DNA from: Candidatus Moraniibacteriota bacterium
GTDB lineage: Bacteria; Patescibacteriota; Minisyncoccia; Moranbacterales; UBA1568
DNA: 64,000 nucleotides
Direction of reading: 5' to 3'
NCBI GenBank assembly: GCA_013336285.1
Contig: JAAXTX010000003.1
Span: 3,448-67,447 of the forward strand
Shown here: positions 1 through 9,179 of the stretch, piece after piece
Layout: every line of letters begins with the position of its first letter
How positions within the stretch are numbered: position 1 is the first letter of the stretch
Program-made: the position numbers and the translations under genes
Notes under the pieces: generated by a model
Databases searched by the model: none
What the model was told of the DNA's origin: nothing
The model's input: the letters and a program-made list of their open reading frames with translations, nothing else

Positions 1-2
1 AT

Positions 3-1448
3 ATGAAGGTACCGGTCGTTTTTCATGTTCAGGACGGACTTCTACCGGCGGAAAGCACCCTTACCCAGCTCGAAAGAGTAGCAAGTAACGACGGGCTATA
101 TCTCCATATCGCCGCGATGGCGGACGTCCATTCCAAGCCGGGCCGTAAGAACGCGACCGGTACGACTATCGCATCCGAGAAATTCATCCTCCCCCAGGTA
201 AACGATACGGACCCGGCCTGCGGCATGCGTCTCATCCGGACGAACATGAACGAGGATGACCTTTCTCCCGAAGACATTGAGAAGCTCTTCAACGCACTCG
301 TCTTAAAGGTACCGACCAAGGCGCTCATCGGTACGAAACTCCCCTTCCATGTCGTGACCGACATCTGTCGGCAAGGTGTCGGCGCGGCGGTCGACTATCT
401 CGGTATCGAAACGAAATTCGAAAAAGAAAATTCCCTCGATCGCGGAAACTTCTTCGCAGAGGAGGTGTCCCGAAAGAAGATCTATGAGGTCATTCCCCGG
501 CTCTTCCTCTTCTTCGCGAAGTTCCGTTCCGGAATCCTGGGCGCCGCCGGTAACCACTTCCTGGATCTCATGAAGGTGACCGGGATCGAGGACTCGGCCG
601 TCGCGGAAAGACTGGGAATCAAAAACGGCCAGTATGTCTTCATGGTACACTGCGGATCCGGCATCCTCGGGCAATACACGATGTACATGTACACCGCCAA
701 GAAGCGCGAACACCTCTCGCAAGCCTTCATGGCCTGGCTCGGTCGCATGACGTTCTTCACGCCGCGTAAACACGTCATCGACGGCATTGCGAAGAAGATC
801 AAGAATTTCGATTTCGGTGACAAGGAGGAACTCTTCACTTTCGACGGAACAGGCGAGGATGGGAAGATGTACATGGAAGCGCGCAACGCCTGTTCGAATT
901 TTGCCCACGCGAACCGCGCCATCATCGCCCATAATGTCTCACAGACGATCAAGGACGTCCTCGGCCGCGACCCCGGTTTCGAACTCGTCTACGACATGCC
1001 GCACATCCTCGTTTCCGAAGAAGAGCATTTCGACAAGAAGGCCTGGATCCACCGAAACGGCACGAGCCGGGCCTACGGTCCGTCACGCATGGCGGATCAT
1101 CCGAATTTCCGCGAAACCGGCGAGCCGGCATTCATTCCGACTTCAATGTCGACGGAAGGCTACCTCTGCGTGGGTACGGACGGTAACGAATCCACATTCT
1201 TTTCCTGTAATCACGGTGCCGGGAAACCGAAGGCGGCGGCCGAATCGGTCATCCCTCAGAGTCGTGAGGAACTGGATAAGAAACTCGCCACAAGAGGAGT
1301 ACGACTCTATAACGGCCGATCGTCCAAGGTCATAGAACAGGATTCCGCCCACTATAAGAACGCGGACGCCGTCATCACGAGCGTCAGAGAAAACGACGTC
1401 GTCAAACCCGTCGCCAAGCTACAACCGATCGCGGTCATCATGTATTAA
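3..1448 (+). CDS. rtcB: RtcB-family RNA ligase (divergent)
   Basis: Motifs MADVH, DPACGM (DxxC), GNHF, VHCGS, HRNG, PTSM, SCNHGAG and a C-terminal KLQPIAVI, in RtcB order. Confidence 0.85.
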   Translation: MKVPVVFHVQDGLLPAESTLTQLERVASNDGLYLHIAAMADVHSKPGRKNATGTTIASEKFILPQVNDTDPACGMRLIRTNMNEDDLSPEDIEKLFNALVLKVPTKALIGTKLPFHVVTDICRQGVGAAVDYLGIETKFEKENSLDRGNFFAEEVSRKKIYEVIPRLFLFFAKFRSGILGAAGNHFLDLMKVTGIEDSAVAERLGIKNGQYVFMVHCGSGILGQYTMYMYTAKKREHLSQAFMAWLGRMTFFTPRKHVIDGIAKKIKNFDFGDKEELFTFDGTGEDGKMYMEARNACSNFAHANRAIIAHNVSQTIKDVLGRDPGFELVYDMPHILVSEEEHFDKKAWIHRNGTSRAYGPSRMADHPNFRETGEPAFIPTSMSTEGYLCVGTDGNESTFFSCNHGAGKPKAAAESVIPQSREELDKKLATRGVRLYNGRSSKVIEQDSAHYKNADAVITSVRENDVVKPVAKLQPIAVIMY

Positions 1449-1460
1449 CGGCAAATTAAT

Positions 1461-1497
1461 AAAGACGACCGCCCTCTTGCGAGGAGTCGTCTTTTTT
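1461..1497 (+). terminator. Intrinsic terminator after rtcB (possibly bidirectional)
   Basis: AAAGACGAC..CCTC-TTGC-GAGG..GTCGTCTTT followed by a T run. Confidence 0.75.
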
Positions 1498-1548
1498 GGT
1501 ATGCATTAACCGATAATTTCGGCGTCCGGTATTTACCGGATTGCGATT

Positions 1549-1782
1549 TTAGGAGATGTACCCACCGGCCCATTCCGCATACAACCGATCGAGTCGGAGT
1601 TTCAGCGCGACAATCACGTGAATCCGGGAAAAATCGATCATACCAGTCCTGCGAGAAAACTCTTCCGCTAATCGCATTTCCCTCTCGATAGTTCTCTTCG
1701 TCTGAATAATGCGAGTGGGACGATGACCATTCGTTCCCAACGTGAATAATCTTTCGATCGCTCCTTGATTCAGAAATGCCAT
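1549..1782 (-). CDS. Small hypothetical protein (77 aa)
   Basis: ORF with a strong GGAGGT Shine-Dalgarno just upstream of the ATG; fills an intergenic gap. Confidence 0.5.
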   Translation of the reverse strand: MAFLNQGAIERLFTLGTNGHRPTRIIQTKRTIEREMRLAEEFSRRTGMIDFSRIHVIVALKLRLDRLYAEWAGGYIS

Positions 1783-1858
1783 TTACACCTCCGCCAGTCT
1801 ATTGATTGAAAGTGACTTTCTTCGAGCTTCCGAACACTAGCTAACGACGCGGAGTCTG

Positions 1859-3184
1859 TCAATCGTCGGACGATGCGATGCCGAGAAGCGTGGTCAGAAA
1901 GAGCATTCCGGATACGGAATCCCAGAGAAAGTGATCGAAAAGAAGACTCGGAACGAAGAGCAGGAACATGACTGTGGCCGTAGCACTCCTTTTTTTTATC
2001 ATCTCAGACGTGAGCGACACCAGGAAGCAGATTAACAATACGAGGCCCGGGATGCCTAACTCCGCCACGACAAGCAATGGCACGTCGTGCGCCGGCTGTA
2101 TGTTCCAGATCGATCGACCGGGATCGAGACTGATAAGCTCAGCCGTCGAATTCCATATCCCTGAACCGAGAAGCGGCCGTTCGCGAATGACCCGTACGGC
2201 ATCACGGTAGGTGGTCATCCGGTCCGTCACCGATCCTTCCCGATCCACGGTCGATCCGTCGAACCGCGGAAATGTCGTTTCTCGCAAAAGAAACGAGAAT
2301 ACGGCGCCGGATATCAGGACGGTACCGAAAAATGCCCAGACATATTTCCGCGTCACCGGATCCGTGGTTCGACGTCGCCTTATCCACTCCGAGAAGAGCA
2401 CTGAGAACCCCATTGAGAATCCGACCCATGCGAGGCGGGAAAATGACACGAAAATCCCGAGCAGTATAACCGCAGCCATGGCTGAGAACGCGACTCGCTT
2501 CCACGATTTCTCAAGCCATCGCAGCCGGGTTGAAACTACGATCCACCAAAACGCGAGAAGCAGTACTCCCGCAAGGTAAAGTCCGAACATATTCGGATGC
2601 GCGAACGTCCCGTAAGCCCTCAACCAGCGTCCGGAATCATTCTTCAGGACCGAGGTTCCGGCTTGCCAGACTTCGTGCGTACTCATTCCGAAAAACGTCG
2701 AGGAAAACGTATCCTGCGACAGGAATTGCCAAATTCCAATTAATGACTGCGTGACCGCGCCGAGAAGTAATGCGACGACTATCCTATCCAAAAGCCCCCT
2801 CCGCACCATGTCCCGCGCCATCATCAACGCGTCCGCGGCCACAAGCAATATCAGAAAACCGTACAAAGCCAAAGCATGATCCCGGGCCCAAAAAATCGAG
2901 AGCGACGCCCATAGGACGAATATCGCAAGTAAAGCATCGCTTCTCCGTTTTCGCCACATCGTTCGTATCAGCCGCCCGAACGCCTTTTTGCCGAATGCCT
3001 TGGTTTTCAGGGTTGCAGCGATCATTACGGCAAAGACAAGAACGGCCGACGATATATATATTCCTATCGTTCCATATTGCCATTTCTCTTCCCCGATCAT
3101 CGGCTCCCTCAACAAATAAACCGTCTGGAACGGAAGAAAAAACAGAAATGAAACAAATAGAAAATCTTTCACTTTCTCGCTCAT
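1859..3184 (-). CDS. O-antigen ligase (Wzy_C/WaaL-like) membrane protein
   Basis: RAYGTFAHPN, SFSRLAW, PLLGSG and PAHDVPLLVVAELG motifs; multiple TM segments. Start uncertain (3184 or 3250). Confidence 0.85.
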   Translation of the reverse strand: MSEKVKDFLFVSFLFFLPFQTVYLLREPMIGEEKWQYGTIGIYISSAVLVFAVMIAATLKTKAFGKKAFGRLIRTMWRKRRSDALLAIFVLWASLSIFWARDHALALYGFLILLVAADALMMARDMVRRGLLDRIVVALLLGAVTQSLIGIWQFLSQDTFSSTFFGMSTHEVWQAGTSVLKNDSGRWLRAYGTFAHPNMFGLYLAGVLLLAFWWIVVSTRLRWLEKSWKRVAFSAMAAVILLGIFVSFSRLAWVGFSMGFSVLFSEWIRRRRTTDPVTRKYVWAFFGTVLISGAVFSFLLRETTFPRFDGSTVDREGSVTDRMTTYRDAVRVIRERPLLGSGIWNSTAELISLDPGRSIWNIQPAHDVPLLVVAELGIPGLVLLICFLVSLTSEMIKKRSATATVMFLLFVPSLLFDHFLWDSVSGMLFLTTLLGIASSDD

Positions 3185-3374
3185 ATTCTTCACATAACGC
3201 CTCTCGAGCGGATATTCCGAGACGAGACTTCTTTTCATTCTCGTACTCATGATAGCAGTATAATACCCTCTTTTCATAGACATTCGTATATATCGTCTTG
3301 ACATGGCATTCCCGCACGTGATATAGGGATATCGAATTAACGAAGTTCCTTTCAACAACCAATCGGAGATCAAA

Positions 3375-4439
3375 ATGGGAAAAGCGGATGCTATAGCGGA
3401 TATCCAGTACATCGGAACAGCCATGGATTCAGCCTTGAAACAGAATGCCGAGAATCCTAGGCTTTCGAAGGAAACCATACGGCAGATTAAGGAGGGTTCG
3501 GTACGAAAAGTGGCCGGCTTCCATATCCGCGACAAATCGAGTCTTCAATCGACTCTCCACAGGGCGTCGTCTCGTGCCGCGGAACAGATTGACGGCTTTC
3601 GTAGAACTTGTGATAAAATCTCAGTCGATATGGCGACTCGCGGACTGAAACCCGCGCTGGCGTTCGTTTCGACAAAGACATGGAAACGTATATGCGACGA
3701 AAGCGGTCTATATCGGTTCAAGCCTGTCGAAGGACTGGTGAAAGTGTCCCGGCAACCGCTTGAACGGATGCGGTCCAGAGCCGAGTCGCTCAGCTCGCTG
3801 CTCATCAGGCTGATGGTACCAGCCATCGTTTTCGCTATATCGTGGGAAATCTTCACAATACTACCGCCCGATGCGAAACAGGGCGGCCCAAAAGTCATTG
3901 CCGGGATCTTAAGCATATTGACAGGAGTGATAATCTGGTTAATCCTCTCTATCGTCTTCGATGAAGACCTGGCCTCGTCGTTGAAGGAACGTCTGGCTTC
4001 TTTCTGCACGATACTGCAGATCAAGATGTTCTCTGTTCTGCCGAACCGGCTCACGTTCAAAGGGCTGTTTCCGGACATGGAAGAAGCCGGCGATTCGAAC
4101 TGTATATCGGCAGAGATTAAGCTTCCGGATCCTCCTGAAGATGAAATGAACGACGTCGCGACGACGATTCTTGCCGCGAAAGATCTTGGCCTGAAGGTAG
4201 CCGCGGTTCCCGGAGCGGTAACCTTTGTCGGCGGTATTCAGAACGCCCTTCTCCGAAGGGAAACCGCCGATCACGCCATCAGACTCAGCGAGATCGAGAA
4301 AAGAAGGGAGGCGAGGCGATTGGATCCGATTATCTACCATGAAAGAGAAGGTGTCGTCGCGATTATCGCGCAATTCGGCAATATTCCGATCGAGAAGAAA
4401 GTGGTCGAACGCATAATGAACGACCGGGATATCATCTGA
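3375..4439 (+). CDS. Hypothetical membrane protein (2 TM)
   Basis: 354-aa ORF, GGAG RBS, central hydrophobic hairpin, followed by a terminator. Confidence 0.75.
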   Translation: MGKADAIADIQYIGTAMDSALKQNAENPRLSKETIRQIKEGSVRKVAGFHIRDKSSLQSTLHRASSRAAEQIDGFRRTCDKISVDMATRGLKPALAFVSTKTWKRICDESGLYRFKPVEGLVKVSRQPLERMRSRAESLSSLLIRLMVPAIVFAISWEIFTILPPDAKQGGPKVIAGILSILTGVIIWLILSIVFDEDLASSLKERLASFCTILQIKMFSVLPNRLTFKGLFPDMEEAGDSNCISAEIKLPDPPEDEMNDVATTILAAKDLGLKVAAVPGAVTFVGGIQNALLRRETADHAIRLSEIEKRREARRLDPIIYHEREGVVAIIAQFGNIPIEKKVVERIMNDRDII

Positions 4440-4459
4440 TATCTTGCCAGTCAATAAAC

Positions 4460-4492
4460 ATGCCCGGTATCGAAAAAATACCGGGCATTCTT
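4460..4492 (+). terminator. Intrinsic terminator-like hairpin
   Basis: ATGCCCGGTAT / ATACCGGGCAT inverted repeat just after the stop codon. Confidence 0.65.
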
Positions 4493-4749
4493 ATAATCCG
4501 CGTTTTGGCACATCGATCTTAGCGCGATTTATTCTGTTCGCCGTGGAACGAGATATTCCCTGATCTCGGAATTCATACCGATACGAACTTTCACGGTCGA
4601 AAGGAACGTGCGATATTATCATTCGTTTTCCCATTAATCGACTTTTCCCGACGTAGGGACCGAATCATATCGTCATGTTCATTGCCCCTTATGAATATTT
4701 CTGATACGGTAGTGAATGAAACATGCCTTTTCCAAGGCAATATCCCAAT

Positions 4750-5364
4750 ATGAATATCATCACCCTTTCAGGGACGGACGGTTCGGGAAAGTCCACTCAA
4801 CTCGGACTCCTACGGGAATATTTCGAGAAATCCGGAAAAAAAACGGCTTACCTGCATGCTGTCGAATTCTCACTCGCGAACCGAATCCGCAGAAAAGCGC
4901 ATAGCGGGAATCCGTTCGTTCCCGGACGGGAATCGGCATCCATGCATGCTTCGTTTCTTTCTCTTAAACTGAGAAAGCTGTTCCTCGCGATCGATCTTTT
5001 CAGGATCAGATTCCTTTTGCAGTCTCTCGAGCGAAGCGGTACAGATATTCTTTTTTCCGATCGCTACTTTTATGATTCGATTGTCAATATCGCGTTCCTA
5101 TCGGGCGATAAACAGGTCCGAAGCGTTTTGGCCCGGTATATCCCACGCCCCGATACCGCATTCTTCCTCGACGTCACGCCCGAGGAAATCATGCGCCGCG
5201 ACCGGATACCGGAACAGGGTCTGGAGTACATCAGCGCGAAGCTGGAACTCTTCCGTTCCAAGCTCGACGAGTGGGAAATGGTCCGTATAGACGCCGGCCG
5301 ATCGAAAGACGAGGTCTTCGCGTCCATACTGAAAGTATTGAAGAACCGAACCGAACGATCATGA
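4750..5364 (+). CDS. Thymidylate-kinase-like P-loop kinase
   Basis: SGTDGSGKSTQ P-loop, SDRYFYDS, PRPDTAFFLDV; overlaps the flippase start (ATGA). Confidence 0.8.
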   Translation: MNIITLSGTDGSGKSTQLGLLREYFEKSGKKTAYLHAVEFSLANRIRRKAHSGNPFVPGRESASMHASFLSLKLRKLFLAIDLFRIRFLLQSLERSGTDILFSDRYFYDSIVNIAFLSGDKQVRSVLARYIPRPDTAFFLDVTPEEIMRRDRIPEQGLEYISAKLELFRSKLDEWEMVRIDAGRSKDEVFASILKVLKNRTERS

Positions 5365-6827
5365 AACATTTTTCACGGGCTCTTCTCTGGCTTACCGTTT
5401 CGGAAATCGTTTTTAACGTGTCCGGATATCTCATTCATTCCGTCGTAGGACGGTTGCTCGGCCCGAACGACTACGGACGATACGGCCTCATAGTGAACCT
5501 CACCACGACTGTCATCATCCTGATCGGAAACGGCATTCCGACCGCGATGTCTAAATATCTTGCGGAAATTTTCGAGACGCATCCCGAGAAGATACGCGGT
5601 ATCAAACGAAAAACGATATTCCTGCAGACGACCATAATGACCGCAGTCACGGGAATATTCTTTCTGCTTTCCCGGCCTATCGCACTTCTCCTCGGCGACG
5701 ATACGCTCACGCCTCTTTTCCGGCTTTCTTCCCTTATCATCCCCTCATTCGCAGCCGCCTCGTTTTATTTTTACTACTTCACCGGGCTACATTTTTTCAG
5801 GATTCAAGCATTCCTCAAAACGACGCGCGCGCTCACCAGGATGACGTTTATCATACTTCTTGCGATGTTTTTCGGGGTGAACGGCGCCGTTTCGGGATAT
5901 ATCATTTCTCCCCTCGTGGTCTTCGGAATCGCGATCATCTGCGATATCGTCTGGACTCACAAATATTTCCCCGCCGTCGGGATCAAAAAATCTCCTGGCT
6001 TTCCCGCGAAAAAACTCCTCGACTACGCGTGGCCTCTCACGCTCTTCCTCCTTTTTTATCAGCTCATCACCTCGCTCGACCTCTTCCTCGTAAAGGCATT
6101 GCTCCACGACGACCACCAAACCGGCCTTTACAACGCCGTCATCACGGTGGGCAATATCCCGTACTATCTCTTCTACGCCCTCACCATCATCCTCCTACCT
6201 GCGATTTCCAAGACTTCGGCGAATCGTGACGAAGCGGAGACCCGCTCACTCGTGAATAAGTCGCTGCGTCTCCTCGCTCTCATATTGTTTCCGACCGTCA
6301 CTCTCTTGTCTGCATACTCAGGCCCGGTCATCCGCATGTTCTACGGACATGCCTATATCGACGCGACGACATCCATGGGCATATTCGCCATCGGCAACGG
6401 TTTTCTCACCGTATTTTACGTTCTGGCGTTCGCGATAAGCGGGGCAGGACTTGTCATGATCCCGATGTATGTTTCCGGAGCGGGACTCATCGTCTCGGCG
6501 GTTCTCAATACCCTTCTCATCCCACCCCTCGGAATCGTCGGGTCCGCCATCGCCACCACTATCGTGACGTTCGTTCTCATGATCGGGGTTCTGGCCTTTA
6601 CCGACCGGCATTTCAAAGTACGAATCCCACTCAAGCTGTGGCTCATTTCGTTCGGGTCTTCAGCTATTTTAGTCCTTCTCTCAAAGTACCTTCCGCAAGG
6701 CTCGTTTTCCTTCCTCGTTTCTGCCGCTGTGCTCTTTCTTCTGCATTTCGGCATCCTCAGATTCTTCGGGGTACTTGAAGATGCCGACATCGCACCCTTA
6801 CGGAAATTATTAGCTATCGGCAAGTGA
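5361..6827 (+). CDS. Polysaccharide flippase (MOP/Wzx family)
   Basis: RLLGPNDYGRYG, GIPTAMSKY, GLYNA, LIPPLGIVGSAIAT; many TM segments. Confidence 0.9.
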   Translation: MKHFSRALLWLTVSEIVFNVSGYLIHSVVGRLLGPNDYGRYGLIVNLTTTVIILIGNGIPTAMSKYLAEIFETHPEKIRGIKRKTIFLQTTIMTAVTGIFFLLSRPIALLLGDDTLTPLFRLSSLIIPSFAAASFYFYYFTGLHFFRIQAFLKTTRALTRMTFIILLAMFFGVNGAVSGYIISPLVVFGIAIICDIVWTHKYFPAVGIKKSPGFPAKKLLDYAWPLTLFLLFYQLITSLDLFLVKALLHDDHQTGLYNAVITVGNIPYYLFYALTIILLPAISKTSANRDEAETRSLVNKSLRLLALILFPTVTLLSAYSGPVIRMFYGHAYIDATTSMGIFAIGNGFLTVFYVLAFAISGAGLVMIPMYVSGAGLIVSAVLNTLLIPPLGIVGSAIATTIVTFVLMIGVLAFTDRHFKVRIPLKLWLISFGSSAILVLLSKYLPQGSFSFLVSAAVLFLLHFGILRFFGVLEDADIAPLRKLLAIGK

Positions 6828-6859
6828 TATCCTGTCGTCACCCCGCATATCGAGAAACA

Positions 6860-6893
6860 TAAAAACCCCCAAGAGATACTCCGGGGGGTTTAT
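6860..6893. terminator. Bidirectional terminator-like hairpin between convergent genes
   Basis: AAACCCCC...GGGGGTTT inverted repeat. Confidence 0.55.
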
Positions 6894-6906
6894 CGTTCAT
6901 ACGGTG

Positions 6907-7458
6907 TCAATTCGTGTTCATCGGGCGATCATTGAACAGATTGAAGCTGTTCACACGATCGAATCGTTCCTGACCGGCCGGAAGATACAGGTATCCTATG
7001 GACTCGACGACAAGCATTGTCGGGTCGTCGTCATTCAGAGCTTCAGGATCATCAGTCGCACCCTTCTTCCTGCCCGACTGACAGGTATTCGTTTTCGACG
7101 ATTCAGCGGCATACAGTTTCGCCTGTTCCCTGAGCCAGCTCGTTTCCAACTCGTCGCAAAGGAACGACCTTCTCACCCTTTTCTTGAAAGCTCTCAGTTG
7201 ATTGCGAAACTTGCGTTCGGTGAAATGAGCGAATTGACAGCTCAAACTCTCTATACACACCTGTATCGCGCACGAATACCGGAAATCGTCCTCAAAATAT
7301 TCGCGCGCCTCGGTATCGTCCCCGAGACCGAGCATGAAAGCGAGCAGATCGTCGATCCCTTCCGATCTGTCTTCGTCCAGGAACAATTCGCGATCGTCAT
7401 TGACATCGTAGAACAGCAGGTTCAGGATGTCCCCGATATAGAATTTTCTCTGTCTCAT
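6907..7458 (-). CDS. Hypothetical acidic protein
   Basis: 183-aa ORF co-directional with upstream GT-C genes; no recognisable motif. Confidence 0.55.
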   Translation of the reverse strand: MRQRKFYIGDILNLLFYDVNDDRELFLDEDRSEGIDDLLAFMLGLGDDTEAREYFEDDFRYSCAIQVCIESLSCQFAHFTERKFRNQLRAFKKRVRRSFLCDELETSWLREQAKLYAAESSKTNTCQSGRKKGATDDPEALNDDDPTMLVVESIGYLYLPAGQERFDRVNSFNLFNDRPMNTN

Positions 7459-7566
7459 TTTGAAGGTTCCGTTTCAGGTTCCCGCAAGCGCCGCGGTGAG
7501 CAAAGCCGACTCTTTCAGCGATAGTGTATCGCATATGCGAAAAAAGGCAATCCAATAACCGGTATA

Positions 7567-9135
7567 TCAGTAACTTGATCCGTTCCCTCCCCACCGGAAC
7601 ACGAGTACGTCGCCACGGATGAGCACGTTACTTTGTCGGTCCATATGCCTGTACATGAAATTCTCAGCATCCCTCGAAATGTAATCCGCATCGTTACCGG
7701 AAAAGATTACCCATCCGGATGAGTACTTGGACATCAGCGACTGAAGTTCCGCCGTGGTCAGTTTGACCGTCGAGAGTTCGCCTCCAAAGTCGTAGACCGG
7801 AACATGCATACCGTTCCAGTAGTAGTTCCGAAAATTCCGAGCCACAAGTATTTCGCCGTCCGATGCGTTCTTCCGAAAGAACTGGAATATTTTCCTGTAG
7901 TTTGCGGCACTTCCGGAAGCGGTCTCATGATACGTATTATTTTCCTCAAGGAAATATCCCCAATTCGGCACCAGAAGTGCCAATGTGACAGTAGTCATGC
8001 AAGCAACATGTTTCCATCTTGCCGCCAGGAGTTTCTTTGCCTCGTTAACGAGTGCGTAACCTCCGGTCGCAATAAGGATTGCGAAAAAAGACTGTGCGAA
8101 AAAGATATACTGTTGCCCTTCGTTTCGACGCCATAACCAGACAGCCATAGCAAGCGGCACTAGAAACGACGATGAGAGCCATATTGCCTCCCGCTCGCGA
8201 TCGTATTTCCTAGCCAGAGACTGCGCCCCGAATACGGCGAGAAAAACGGCTAACATGGGCGCCCCGTAGTCCCTTACGACATAACCGAAATACGAATAGT
8301 GATTGTCAAACCAGACAAGCGTCTCCAAATAGGGCTTCATTTTTCCGGGCAACGCCAAAAATACTATCGCTGTCCCAATAATCCCGGTAAGAATCGTTGC
8401 TACATATTTATTCTGATAGCCGTTACCTTTCCGCCATTCACGTAAGGCCATAACTGTGACATAGATGCCGAAAATGGGGAGGATATTTACGGTCAACTGA
8501 TGAGTCATCGCGGATAGCGCTCCAAGTAGGACAACTGGGGCAAGATATGTGAAATTGAGCCCCGTTTTCGTCCAGGAAATCCTGAGGGATTTGAGCCGTC
8601 CTTTGTATTCATGCTCGAAGAACAGGAAAAGGGCCGTTGAAAATAGCAGATAAACCGGAAAGAACATTGAGTACATGCGCAACTTCCGATCAAATTCGAT
8701 TCCAGACGATGAAACCGCGAAAAGAAAGGCGGCAAAAAGTCCGATGGTTCTGCGTCCGGAAAGTTTCCATCCCACGAGAAACATGATCACCACCGTAAGT
8801 ACGCCCCATAAGGCCGATATGGCACGTGCATTTGCCTCTGTCGGGGGAAGAAACCGGAACACCTGTACGACCTGCCATTTATAGATGTTCGCACGCTCGT
8901 CACGGGCATCGTTCTCGTTAACGACGGCGGCTTTTCCGTCGTTGAAGTCCCATGCCTTCCATTCGCCCGTCTTGAAATATCCATAAGACGAATTGATGTC
9001 CAGGAATTCGTCCGCTACAAACGAATTGTTCCCCAGTCCCCAAAAACGAAGGGTCGCTCCAAGAATCAAGATAACCGCTAACGCTACAAATTTTATCTGC
9101 CGTACGCTCTTCATATAATTCCGCAGATTAGTCAT
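7567..9135 (-). CDS. GT-C fold glycosyltransferase (PMT/ArnT-like)
   Basis: LRFWGLG..SFVADE first-loop DE motif, ARAISALWG, RMYS; multi-TM. Confidence 0.85.
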   Translation of the reverse strand: MTNLRNYMKSVRQIKFVALAVILILGATLRFWGLGNNSFVADEFLDINSSYGYFKTGEWKAWDFNDGKAAVVNENDARDERANIYKWQVVQVFRFLPPTEANARAISALWGVLTVVIMFLVGWKLSGRRTIGLFAAFLFAVSSSGIEFDRKLRMYSMFFPVYLLFSTALFLFFEHEYKGRLKSLRISWTKTGLNFTYLAPVVLLGALSAMTHQLTVNILPIFGIYVTVMALREWRKGNGYQNKYVATILTGIIGTAIVFLALPGKMKPYLETLVWFDNHYSYFGYVVRDYGAPMLAVFLAVFGAQSLARKYDREREAIWLSSSFLVPLAMAVWLWRRNEGQQYIFFAQSFFAILIATGGYALVNEAKKLLAARWKHVACMTTVTLALLVPNWGYFLEENNTYHETASGSAANYRKIFQFFRKNASDGEILVARNFRNYYWNGMHVPVYDFGGELSTVKLTTAELQSLMSKYSSGWVIFSGNDADYISRDAENFMYRHMDRQSNVLIRGDVLVFRWGGNGSSY

Positions 9136-9179
9136 ACGTGGCTTACAGAATATCGCAACACTCGTTCATATAAGGCTTT

